DNA of 64,000 bases from Bugula neritina (taxonomy: Eukaryota > Animalia > Bryozoa): NCBI GenBank assembly GCA_964035545.1, contig OZ037766.1, forward strand, positions 18,501,081 to 18,565,080, in the 5' to 3' direction. Below the pieces are notes generated by a model. That model saw nothing but the letters and a program-made list of their open reading frames with translations. It was not told the DNA's origin and did no database searches. The first letter of the stretch is position 1; every line of letters begins with the position of its first letter. The position numbers and the translations under genes were made by a program. This document shows positions 9,890 through 23,760 of the stretch, one piece after another.

Positions 9890-12800
9890 TATGTTGCAGT
9901 ATATTTCAGCGTGTTTGAGTATATTTCAGTATGACACAGTGCATTTCCAGATATTACGCTATACTTCAGTGAGTTTTAGTGTCTTTCAGTATGTTGCAGT
10001 ATATTTCGGTGTTTTGCAACATATTTCAATATGTTGCAATGTATTTCAATATGTTACAGTGTATTTCAGTATGTTGCAGTATGTTGCAATGTATTTCAGT
10101 ATGTTACAGTGTATTTCAGTAGGTTTCAGTATCTTGCAGTATATTTCAGCGTGTTTCAGTATATTTCAGTATGCCACAGTGCATTTTCAGATTATTCACT
10201 ATACTTCAGTGAGTTTTAGTGTCTTTCAGTATGTTGCAGTATATTTCGGTATCTTGCAACTTATTTCAATGTGTTGCAATGTAATTCAATATGTTACAGT
10301 GTATTTCAGTATGTTGCAGTACATTTCAGTATGTTACAGTATATTTCAGTATGTTGCAGTATATTTCAGTGGGTTATAGCATATTTCAGTATGATACAGC
10401 GTATTTCAGTATGTTACAGTGTACTTCAGTATGTTGCAGTATTTTGCAATATATTTCAGTATATTACAGTGTATTTCAGTATGTTGCAGTATATTTCAGT
10501 ATGTTACAATAAATTTCAGTATGTTACAGTACATTTCCGTAAGTTACACTATACTTCAGGTAGTTGTAGTATATTTCAGTATCTTGCAGTATATCTCAGT
10601 ATGTTACAGCATATTGCATTGTGTTGCAGTGTATTTCAATATGTTACAGTGTATTTCAGTATGTTGCAGTATGTTGCAGTATGCTGCAGTATGTTGCAGT
10701 GTATTTCTGTATTTTACAGTGTATTTCAGTATGTTGCAGTATATTTCAGCATGTTACAGTATATTTCAGTATGTTGCAGTATATTTCAGTGGGTTATAGT
10801 ATATTTCAGTATGATACAGCGTATTTCGTTATGTTACAGTGTATGTCAGTATGTTGCAGTATTTTCCAATGTATTTCAGTATGTTACAGTGTATTTCAGT
10901 ATGTTGCAGTATAATTCAGTATGTTACAATAAATTTCAGTATGTTACAGTACATTTCCGTAAATTACACTATACTTCAGTGAGTTGTAGTATATTTCAGT
11001 ATCTTGCAGTATATCTCAGTATGTTACAGTATATTTCAGTATCTTACAGTACATTTCCGTAAATTACACTACACTTCAGTGAGTTGTAGTATATTTCAGT
11101 ATCTTGCAGTATATCTCAGTATGTTACAGTATATTTCAGTATGTTACAGTATATTTCAGTGTGTTACAGTAAATTTCAGTATGTTACAGTGCTTTTGCAG
11201 ATATCACACTATACTTTAGTGAGTTTTAGTGCCTTTCAGTATGTTACAGTGTATTTCAGTATGTTGCAGTATTTTGCAATATATATCAGTATGTTACAGT
11301 GTATTTCAGTATGTTGCAGTATATTTCAGTATGTTACAATAAATTTCAGTATGTTACAGTATATTTCCGTAAATTACACTACACTTCAGTGAGTTGTAGA
11401 ATATTTCAGTATCTTGCAGTATATCTCAGTATGTTACAGTATATTTCAGTATGTTACAGTATATTTCAGTTTGTTACACTAAATTTCAGTATGTTACAGT
11501 GCATTTGCAGATATTACACTATACTTCAGTGAGTTTTAGTGTCTTTCATTATGTTGCAGTATATTTCAGTATGTTGCAGTATTTTGCAATGTATTTCAAT
11601 ATGTTACAGTGTATTTCAGTATGTTGCAGTATGTTGCAATGTATTTCAGTATGTTACAGTGTAATTCAGTATCTTACAGTACATTTCCGTAAATTACACT
11701 ACACTTCAGTGAGTTGTAGTATATTTCAGTATCTTGCAGTATATCTCAGTATGTTACAGTATATTTCAGTATGTTACAGTATATTTCAGTTTGTTACAGT
11801 AAATTTCAGTATGTCACAGTGCATTTGCAGATATTACACTATACTTCAGTGAGTTTTAGTGTCTTTCATTATGTTGCAGTATATTTCAGTATGTTGCAGT
11901 ATTTTGCAATACATTTTATTATGTTACAGTGTATTTCAGTATGTTGCAGTATATTTCAGTTTGATACAATGAATTTCAGTATGTTACAGTACATTTCCGT
12001 AAATTGCACTATACTTCAGTGAGTTGTAGTATATTTCAGTATCTTGCAGTATATCTCAGTATGTTACAGTATATTTCAGTATGTTGCAGTATATTTCAGC
12101 GTGTTTGAGTACATTTCAGTATGACACAGTGCATTTCCAGATATTACGCTATACTTCAGTGAGTTTTAGTGTCTTTCAGTATGTTGCAGTATATTTCGGT
12201 GTTTTGCAACATAATTCAATATGTTGCAATGTATTTCAATATGTTACAGTGTATTTCAGTATGTTGCAGTATGTTGCAATGTATTTCAGTATGTTACAGT
12301 GTATTTCAGTAGGTTTCAGTATCTTGCAGTATATTTCAGCGTGTTTCAGTATATTTCAGTATGCCACAGTGCATTTTCAGATTATTCACTATACTTCAGT
12401 GAGTTTTAGTGTCTTTCAGTATGTTGCAGTATATTTCGGTATCTTGCAACTTATTTCAATGTGTTGCAATGTAATTCAATATGTTACAGTGTATTTCAGT
12501 ATGTTGCAGTACATTTCAGTATGTTACAGTATATTTCAGTATGTTGCAGTATATTTCAGTGGGTTATAGCATATTTCAGTATGATACAGCGTATTTCAGT
12601 ATGTTACAGTGTACTTCAGTATGTTGCAGTATTTTGCAATATATTTCAGTATATTACAGTGTATTTCAGTATGTTGCAGTATATTTCAGTATGTTACAAT
12701 AAATTTCAGTATGTTACAGTACATTTCCGTAAGTTACACTATACTTCAGGTAGTTGTAGTATATTTCAGTATCTTGCAGTATATCTCAGTATGTTACAGC

Positions 12801-14270
12801 ATATTGCATTGTGTTGCAGTGTATTTCAATATGTTACAGTGTATTTCAGTATGTTGCAGTATGTTGCAGTATGCTGCAGGATGTTGCAGTGTATTTCTGT
12901 ATTTTACAGTGTATTTCAGTATGTTGCAGTATATTTCAGCATGTTACAGTATGTTTCAGTATGTTGCAGTATATTTCAGTGGGTTATAGCATATTTCAGT
13001 ATGATACAGCGTATTTCGTTATGTTACAGTGTATGTCAGTATGTTGCAGTATTTTCCAATGTATTTCAGTATGTTACAAAGTATTTCAGTATGTTGCAGT
13101 ATAATTCAGTATGTTACAATAAATTTCAGTATGTTACAGTACATTTCCGTAAATTACACTATACTTCAGTGAGTTGTAGTATATTTCAGTATCTTGCAGT
13201 ATATCTCAGTATGTTACAGTATATTTCAGTATCTTACAGTACATTTCCGTAAATTACACTACACTTCAGTGAGTTGTAGTATATTTCAGTATCTTGCAGT
13301 ATATCTCAGTATGTTACAGTATATTTCAGTATGTTACAGTATATTTCAGTGTGTTACAGTAAATTTCAGTATGTTACAGTGCTTTTGCAGATATCACACT
13401 ATACTTTAGTGAGTTTTAGTGCCTTTCAGTATGTTACAGTGTATTTCAGTATGTTGCAGTATTTTGCAATATATATCAGTATGTTACAGTGTATTTCAGT
13501 ATGTTGCAGTATATTTCAGTATGTTACAATAAATTTCAGTATGTTACAGTATATTTCCGTAAATTACACTACACTTCAGTGAGTTGTAGAATATTTCAGT
13601 ATCTTGCAGTATATCTCAGTATGTTACAGTATATTTCAGTATGTTACAGTATATTTCAGTTTGTTACACTAAATTTCAGTATGTTACAGTGCATTTGCAG
13701 ATATTACACTATACTTCAGTGAGTTTTAGTGTCTTTCATTATGTTGCAGTATATTTCAGTATGTTGCAGTATTTTGCAATGTATTTCAATATGTTACAGT
13801 GTATTTCAGTATGTTGCAGTATGTTGCAATGTATTTCAGTATGTTACAGTGTAATTCAGTATCTTACAGTACATTTCCGTAAATTACACTACACTTCAGT
13901 GAGTTGTAGTATATTTCAGTATCTTGCAGTATATCTCAGTATGTTACAGTATATTTCAGTATGTTACAGTATATTTCAGTTTGTTACAGTAAATTTCAGT
14001 ATGTCACAGTGCATTTGCAGATATTACACTATACTTCAGTGAGTTTTAGTGTCTTTCATTATGTTGCAGTATATTTCAGTATGTTGCAGTATTTTGCAAT
14101 ACATTTTATTATGTTACAGTGTATTTCAGTATGTTGCAGTATATTTCAGTTTGATACAATGAATTTCAGTATGTTACAGTACATTTCCGTAAATTGCACT
14201 ATACTTCAGTGAGTTGTAGTATATTTCAGTATCTTGCAGTATATCTCAGTATGTTACAGTATATTTCAGT
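9890..14270 (+). repeat. 2190-bp higher-order repeat domain (two tandem copies; related copies at ~2036-4268 and ~23940-28010)
   Basis: Variant strings recur at +2190 (ORF-track pairs 10271/12461, 11141/13331, 12081/14271; marker aaattgcact at 12001 and 14191). Confidence 0.9.
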
Positions 14271-17009
14271 ATGTTGCAGTATATTTCAGCGTGTTTGAGT
14301 ACATTTCAGTATGACACAGTGCATTTCCAGATATTACGCTATACTTCAGTGAGTTTTAGTGTCTTTCAGTATGTTGCAGTATATTTCGGTGTTTTGCAAC
14401 ATATTTCAATATGTTGCAATGTATTTCAATATGTTACAGTGTATTTCAGTATGTTGCAGTATGTTGCAATGTATTTCAGTATGTTACAGTGTATTTCAGT
14501 AGGTTTCAGTATCTTGCAGTATATTTCAGCATGTTGCAGTATATTTCAGGATGTTGCAGTATATTTCAGTATGTTACAGTGTTTTGCAGTATTTTGCAGT
14601 ATATTTCAGTGTGTTACAGTATATTTCATTATGTTGCGGTATGTTGCAGTATATTTCAGTAGTTTGCAACATATTTCAGTAGGTTACCATATATTTCGGT
14701 ATGTTGCAGCATATTTCAAGGTGTTGCAGTGTATTTCAATATGTTACAGTGTATTTCAGTCTGTTGCAGTATGTTCCATTATGCTGCAGTGTATTTCTGT
14801 ATGTTACAGTGTATTTCAGTATGTTGCAGTACATTTCAGTATGTTACAGTATATTTCAGTATGTTGCAGTATATTTCAGTGGGTTATAGCATATTTCAGT
14901 ATGATACAGCGTATTTCAGTATGTTACAGTGTACTTCAGTATGTTGCAGTATTTTGCAATATATTTCAGTATGTTACAGTGTATTTCAGTATGTTGCAGT
15001 ATAATTCAGTATGTTACAATAAATTTCAGTGTGTTACAGTACATTTCCGTAAATTACACTATACTTCAGTGAGTTGTAGTATATTTGAGTATCTTGCAGT
15101 ATATCTCAGTATGTTACAATATATTTCAGTATCTTACAGTACATTTCCGTAAATTACACTACACTTCAGTGAGTTGTAGTATATTTCAGTATCTTGCAGT
15201 ATTTCTCAGTATGTTACAGTATATTTCAGTATGTTACAGTATATTCCAGTCTGTTACAGTAAATTTCAGTATGTTAAAGTGCATTTGCAGATATTACACT
15301 ATACTTTAGTGAGTTTTAGTGTCTTTCAGTATCTTGCAGTATATTTCAGTATGTTGCAGTATTTTGCAATATATTTTAGTATGTTACGGTGTATTTCAGT
15401 ACGTTGCAGTATATTTCAAAATGATACAATAAATTTCAGTGTGTTCCAGTACATTTCTGCAAATTACACTATACTTCAGTGAGTTGTAGTATATTTCAGT
15501 ATCTTGCAGTATATCTCAGTATGTTACAGTTGATTTCAGTATGTTCCAGTATATTTCAGCGTGTTTCAGTATATTTCAGTATGCCACAGTGCATTTTCAG
15601 ATTTTTCACTATACTTCAGTGAGTTTTAGTGTCTTTCAGTATGTTGCAGTATATTTCGGTATCTTGCAACTTATTTCAATGTGTTGCAATGTAATTCCAT
15701 ATGTTACAGTGTATTTCAGTATGTTGCAGTATGTTGCAGTGTATTTCAGTATGTTACAGTGTATTTCAGTAGGTTTCAGTATCTTGCAGTATATTTCAGT
15801 ATGTTGCAGTATATTTCAGTGGGTTACAGTATATTCCAGTATGTTCCAGTATGTTGCAGTATATTTCAGGATGTTGCAGTGTATTTCATTATGTTACAGT
15901 GTATTTCAGTGGTTTGCAACATATTTTAGTAGGTTACCATATATTTCGGTATGTTGCAGCATATTTCAATGCGTTGCAGTGTATTTCAATATGTTACAGT
16001 GTATTTCAGTATGTTGCAGTATGTTGCAGTGTATTTCTGTATGTTACGGTGTAGTTCAGTATGTTGCAGTATATTTCAGTATGTTACAGTATGTTTCAGT
16101 ATGTTGCAGTATATTTCGGTATCTTGCAACTTATTTCAATGTGTTGCAATGTAATTCAATATGTTACAGTGTATTTCAGTACGTTGCAGTACATTTCAGT
16201 ATGTTACAGTATATTTCAGTATGTTGCGGTATATTTCAGTGGGTTATAGCTTATTTCAGTATGATACAGCGTATTTCAGTATGTTACAGTGTACTTCAGT
16301 ATGTTGCAGTATTTTGCAATATATTTCAGTATGTTACAGTGTATTTCAGTATGTTGCAGTATATTTCAGTATGTTACAATAAATTTCAGTATGTTACAGT
16401 ACATTTCCGTAAGTTACACTATACTTCAGGTAGTTGTAGTATATTTCAGTATCTTGCAGTATATCTCAGTATGTTACAGCATATTTCATTGTGTTGCAGT
16501 GTATTTCAATATGTTACAGTGTATTTCAGTATGTTGCAGTATGTTGCAGTATGCTGCAGTATGTTGCAGTGTATTTCTGTATTTTACAGTGTATTTCAGT
16601 ATGTTGCAGTATATTTCAGCATGTTACAGTATATTTCAGTATGTTGCAGTATATTTCAGTGGGTTATAGTATATTTCAGTATGATACAGCGTATTTCGTT
16701 ATGTTACAGTGTATGTCAGTATGTTGCAGTATTTTCCAATGTTTTTCAGTATGTTACAGTGTATTTCAGTATGTTGCAGTATAATTCAGTATGTTACAAT
16801 AAATTTCAGTATGTTACAGTACATTTCCGTAAATTACACTATACTTCAGTGAGTTGTAGTATATTTCAGTATCTTGCAGTATATCTCAGTATTTTACAGT
16901 ATATTTCAGTATCTTACAGTACATTTCCGTAAATTACACTACACTTCAGTGAGTTGTAGTATATTTCAGTATCTTGCAGTATATCTCAGTATGTTACAGT
17001 ATATTTCAG

Positions 17010-20000
17010 TATGTTACAGTATATTTCAGTGTGTTACAGTAAATTTCAGTATGTTACAGTGCTTTTGCAGATATCACACTATACTTTAGTGAGTTTTAGT
17101 GCCTTTCAGTATGTTACAGTGTATTTCAGTATGTTGCAGTATTTTGCAATATATATCAGTATGTTACAGTGTATTTCAGTATGTTGCAGTATATTTCAGT
17201 ATGTTACAGTAAATTTCAGTATGTTACAGTATATTTCCGTAAATTACACTATAATTCAGTGAGTTGTAGAATATTTCAGTATCTTGCAGTATATCTCAGT
17301 ATGTTACAGTATATTTCAGTATGTTACAGTATATTTCAGTTTGTTACAGTAAATTTCAGTATGTTACAGTGCATTTGCAGATATTACACTATACTTCAGT
17401 GAGTTTTAGTGTCTTTCATTATGTTGCAGTATATTTCAGTATGTTGCAGTATTTTGCAATGTAATTCAATATGTTACAGTGTATTTCAGTATGTTACAGT
17501 GTATTTCAGTATGTTGCAGTATTTTGCAATATATATCAGTATGTTACAGTGTATTTCAGTATGTTGCAGTATATTTCAGTATGTTACAATAAATTTCAGT
17601 ATGTTACAGTATATTTCCGTAAATTACACTATACTTCAGTGAGTTGTAGTATATTTCAGTATCTTGCAGTATATCTCAGTATGCTACAGTATATTTCAGT
17701 ATGTTACAGTATATTTCAGTTTGTTACAGTAAATTTCAGTATGTTACAGTGCATTTGCAGATATTACACTATACTTCAGTGAGTTTTAGTGTCTTTCATT
17801 ATGTTGCAGTATATTTCAGTATGTTGCAGTATTTTGCAATACATTTTATTATGTTACAGTGTATTTCAGTATGTTGCAGTATATTTCAGTTTGATACAAT
17901 AAATTTCAGTATGTTACAGTACATTTCCGTAAATTACACTATAATTCAGTGAGTTGTAGTATATTTCAGTATCTTGCAGTATATCTCAGTATGTTACAGT
18001 ATATTTCAGTATGTTACAGTATATTTCAGTGTGTTACAGTAAATTTCAGTATGTTACAGTGCATTTGCAGATATTACACTATACTTTAGTGAGTTTTAGT
18101 GTCTTTCAGTATCTTGCAGTATATTTCAGTATGTTGCAATATTTTGCAATATATTTTAGTATGTTACAGTGTATTTCAGTACGTTGCAGTATATTTCAGT
18201 ATGATACAATAAATTTCAGTGTGTTACAGTACATTTCTGCAAATTACAGTATACTTCAGTGAGTTGTAGTATATTTCAGTATCTTGCAGTATATCTCAGT
18301 ATGTTACAGTTGATTTCAGTATGTTCCAGTATATTTCAGCGTGTTTCAGTATATTTCAGTATGCCACAGTGCATTTTCAGATTTTTCACTATACTTCAGT
18401 GAGTTTTAGTGTCTTTCAGTGTGTTGCAGTATATTTCGGTATCTTGCAACTTATTTCAATGTGTTGCAATGTAATTCAATATGTTACAGTGTATTTCAGT
18501 ATGTTGCAGTTTTTTGCAGTGTATTTCAGTATGTTACAGTGTATTTCAGTAGGTTTCAGTATCTTGCAGTATATCTCAGTGTGTTGCAGTATATTTCAGT
18601 GGGTTACAGTATATTCCAGTATGTTCCAGTATGTTGCAGTATATTTCAGGATGTTGCAGTGTATTTCATTATGTTACAGTGTATTTCAGTGGTTTGCAAC
18701 ATATTTCAGTAGGTTACCATGTATTTCGGTATGTTGCAGCATATTTCAATGTGTTGCAGTGTATTTCAATATGTTACAGTGTATTTCAGTATGTTGCAGT
18801 ATGTTGCAGTGTATTTCTGTATGTTACGGTGTAGTTCAGTATGTTGCAGTATATTTCAGTATGTTACAGTATGTTTCAGTATGTTGCAGTATATTTCCGT
18901 GGGTTATAGTATATTCCAGTATGATACAGCGTATTTCAGTATGTTACAGTGTATTTCAGTATGTTGCAGTATTTTGCAATGCATTTCAGTATGTTACACT
19001 GTATTTCAGTATGTTGCAGTATATTTCAGTATTTTACAATAAATTTCAGTATATTACAGTACATTTCCGTAAATTACACTATACTTCAGTGAGTTGTAGT
19101 ATATTTCAGTATCATGCAGTATATCTCAGTATGTTACAGTATATTTCAGTATGTTACAGTATGTTTCAGTGTGTTACAGTATGTTGCAGTATATTTCAGT
19201 AGTTTGCAACATATTTCAGTAGGTTACCATATATTTCGGTATGTTGCAGCATATTTCAATGTGTTGCAGTGTATTTCAATATGTTACAGTGTATTTCAGT
19301 ATGTTGCAGTATGTTGCAGTATGATGCAGCATGTTGCAGTGTATTTCTGTATGTTACAGTGTAATTCAGAATGTTGCAGTATATTTCAGTATGTTACAGT
19401 ATGTTTCAGTATGTTGCAGTATATTTCAGTGGGTTATAGTATATTTCAGTATGATACAGCGTATTTCAGTATGTTACAGTGTATTTCAGTATATTTCAGT
19501 ATGTTACAATAAATTTCAGTATGTTACAGTACATTGCCGTAAATTACACTATACTTCAGTGAGTTGTAGTATATTTCAGTATCTTGCAGTATATCTCAGT
19601 ATGTTACTGTATATTTCAGTATGTTACAGTATATTTCAGTGTGTTACAGTAAATTTCAGTATGTTACAGTGCATTTGCAGATATTACACTATACTTTAGT
19701 GAGTTTTAGTGTCTTTCAGTATGTTGCAGTATATTTCAGTATGTTGCAGTATTTTGCAATATATATCAGTATGTTACAGTGTATTTCCGTAAATTACTCT
19801 ATACTTCAGTGAGTTGTAGTATATTATAGTATCTTGCAGTATATCTCAGTATGTTACAGTATATTTCAGTATGTTACAATAAATTTCAGTATGTTACAGT
19901 ATATTTCCGTAAATTACTCTATACTTCAGTGAGTTGTAGTATATTATAGTATCTTGCAGTATATCTCAGTATGTTACAGTATATTTCAGTATGTTACAGT

Positions 20001-23000
20001 ATATTTCAGTTTGTTACAGTAAATTTCAGTATGTTACAGTGCTTTTGCAGATATCACACTATACTTTAGTGAGTTTTAGTGCCTTTCAGTATGTTACAGT
20101 GTATTTCAGTATGTTGCAGTATTTTGCAATATATATCAGTATGTTACAGTGTATTTCAGTATGTTGCAGTATATTTCAGTATGTTACAGTAAATTTCAGT
20201 ATGTTACAGTATATTTCTGTAAATTACACTATAATTCAGTGAGTTGTAGAATATTTCAGTATCTTGCAGTATATCTCAGTATGTTACAGTATATTTCAGT
20301 ATGTTACAGTATATTTCAGTTTGTTACAGTAAATTTCAGTATGTTACAGTGCATTTGCAGATATTACACTATACTTCAGTGAGTTTTAGTGTCTTTCATT
20401 ATGTTGCAGTATATTTCAGTATGTTGCAGTATTTTGCAATGTATTTCAATATGTTACAGTGTATTTCAGTAGGTTGCAGTATGTTGCAATGTATTTCAGT
20501 ATGTTACAGTGTAATTCAGTATCTTACAGTACATTTCCGTAAATTACACTACACTTCAGTGAGTTGTAGTATATTTCAGTATCTTGCAGTATATCTCAGT
20601 ATGTTACAGTATATTTCAGTATGTTACAGTATATTTCAGTGTGTTACAGTGCATTTGCAGATATTACACTATACTTCAGTGAGTTTTAGTGTCTTTCATT
20701 ATGTTGCAGTATATTTCAGTATGTTGCAGTATTTTGCAATGTAATTCAATATGTTACAGTGTATTTCAGTATGTTACAGTGTATTTCAGTATGTTGCAGT
20801 ATTTTGCAATATATATCAGTATGTTACAGTGTATTTCAGTATGTTGCAGTATATTTCAGTATGTTACAATAAATTTCAGTATGTTACAGTATATTTCCGT
20901 AAATTACACTATACTTCAGTGAGTTGTAGTATATTTCAGTATCTTGCAGTATATCTCAGTATGCTACAGTATATTTCAGTATGTTACAGTATATTTCAGT
21001 TTGTTACAGTAAATTTCAGTATGTTACAGTGCATTTGCAGATATTACACTATACTTCAGTGAGTTTTAGTGTCTTTCATTATGTTGCAGTATATTTCAGT
21101 ATGTTGCAGTATTTTGCAATACATTTTATTATGTTACAGTGTATTTCAGTATGTTGCAGTATATTTCAGTTTGATACAATAAATTTCAGTATGTTACAGT
21201 ACATTTCCGTAAATTACACTATAATTCAGTGAGTTGTAGTATATTTCAGTATCTTGCAGTATATCTCAGTATGTTACAGTATATTTCAGTATGTTACAGT
21301 ATATTTCAGTGTGTTACAGTAAATTTCAGTATGTTACAGTGCATTTGCAGATATTACACTATACTTTAGTGAGTTTTAGTGTCTTTCAGTATCTTGCAGT
21401 ATATTTCAGTATGTTGCAATATTTTGCAATATATTTTAGTATGTTACAGTGTATTTCAGTACGTTGCAGTATATTTCAGTATGATACAATAAATTTCAGT
21501 GTGTTACAGTACATTTCTGCAAATTACAGTATACTTCAGTGAGTTGTAGTATATTTCAGTATCTTGCAGTATATCTCAGTATGTTACAGTTGATTTCAGT
21601 ATGTTCCAGTATATTTCAGCGTGTTTCAGTATATTTCAGTATGCCACAGTGCATTTTCAGATTTTTCACTATACTTCAGTGAGTTTTAGTGTCTTTCAGT
21701 GTGTTGCAGTATATTTCGGTATCTTGCAACTTATTTCAATGTGTTGCAATGTAATTCAATATGTTACAGTGTATTTCAGTATGTTGCAGTTTTTTGCAGT
21801 GTATTTCAGTATGTTACAGTGTATTTCAGTAGGTTTCAGTATCTTGCAGTATATCTCAGTGTGTTGCAGTATATTTCAGTGGGTTACAGTATATTCCAGT
21901 ATGTTCCAGTATGTTGCAGTATATTTCAGGATGTTGCAGTGTATTTCATTATGTTACAGTGTATTTCAGTGGTTTGCAACATATTTCAGTAGGTTACCAT
22001 GTATTTCGGTATGTTGCAGCATATTTCAATGTGTTGCAGTGTATTTCAATATGTTACAGTGTATTTCAGTATGTTGCAGTATGTTGCAGTGTATTTCTGT
22101 ATGTTACGGTGTAGTTCAGTATGTTGCAGTATATTTCAGTATGTTACAGTATGTTTCAGTATGTTGCAGTATATTTCCGTGGGTTATAGTATATTCCAGT
22201 ATGATACAGCGTATTTCAGTATGTTACAGTGTATTTCAGTATGTTGCAGTATTTTGCAATGCATTTCAGTATGTTACACTGTATTTCAGTATGTTGCAGT
22301 ATATTTCAGTATTTTACAATAAATTTCAGTATATTACAGTACATTTCCGTAAATTACACTATACTTCAGTGAGTTGTAGTATATTTCAGTATCATGCAGT
22401 ATATCTCAGTATGTTACAGTATATTTCAGTATGTTACAGTATGTTTCAGTGTGTTACTGTATGTTGCAGTATATTTCAGTAGTTTGCAACATATTTCAGT
22501 AGGTTACCATATATTTCGGTATGTTGCAGCATATTTCAATGTGTTGCAGTGTATTTCAATATGTTACAGTGTATTTCAGTATGTTGCAGTATGTTGCAGT
22601 ATGATGCAGCATGTTGCAGTGTATTTCTGTATGTTACAGTGTAATTCAGAATGTTGCAGTATATTTCAGTATGTTACAGTATGTTTCAGTATGTTGCAGT
22701 ATATTTCAGTGGGTTATAGTATATTTCAGTATGATACAGCGTATTTCAGTATGTTACAGTGTATTTCAGTATGTTGCAGTATTTTGCAATATATTTCAGT
22801 ATGTTACAGCGTATTTCAGTATGTTGCAGTATATTTCAGTATGTTACAATAAATTTCAGTATGTTACAGTACATTGCCGTAAATTACACTATACTTCAGT
22901 GAGTTGTAGTATATTTCAGTATCTTGCAGTATATCTCAGTATGTTACTGTATATTTCAGTATGTTACAGTATATTTCAGTGTGTTACAGTAAATTTCAGT

Positions 23001-23760
23001 ATGTTACAGTGCATTTGCAGATATTACACTATACTTTAGTGAGTTTTAGTGTCTTTCAGTATGTTGCAGTATATTTCAGTATGTTGCAGTATTTTGCAAT
23101 ATATATCAGTATGTTACAGTGTATTTCCGTAAATTACTCTATACTTCAGTGAGTTGTAGTATATTATAGTATCTTGCAGTATATCTCAGTATGTTACAGT
23201 ATATTTCAGTATGTTACAATAAATTTCAGTATGTTACAGTATATTTCCGTAAATTACTCTATACTTCAGTGAGTTGTAGTATATTATAGTATCTTGCAGT
23301 ATATCTCAGTATGTTACAGTATATTTCAGTATGTTACAGTATATTTCAGTTTGTTACAGTAAATTTCAGTATGTTACAGTGCTTTTGCAGATATCACACT
23401 ATACTTTAGTGAGTTTTAGTGCCTTTCAGTATGTTACAGTGTATTTCAGTATGTTGCAGTATTTTGCAATATATATCAGTATGTTACAGTGTATTTCAGT
23501 ATGTTGCAGTATATTTCAGTATGTTACAGTAAATTTCAGTATGTTACAGTATATTTCTGTAAATTACACTATAATTCAGTGAGTTGTAGAATATTTCAGT
23601 ATCTTGCAGTATATCTCAGTATGTTACAGTATATTTCAGTATGTTACAGTATATTTCAGTTTGTTACAGTAAATTTCAGTATGTTACAGTGCATTTGCAG
23701 ATATTACACTATACTTCAGTGAGTTTTAGTGTCTTTCATTATGTTGCAGTATATTTCAGT
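17010..23760 (+). repeat. ~3340-bp HOR domain, first block (units of 2980 and 3340 bp)
   Basis: The gcttttgcag-containing module recurs at ORF starts 17011, 19991 and 23331. Markers tttttgcagt, acattgccgt and a doubled aaattactct recur once per unit. Confidence 0.85.

Noticed and set aside
10821-10840. TTTCGTT variant as a CENP-B box
   Set aside because: It lacks the downstream A..CGGG core positions.
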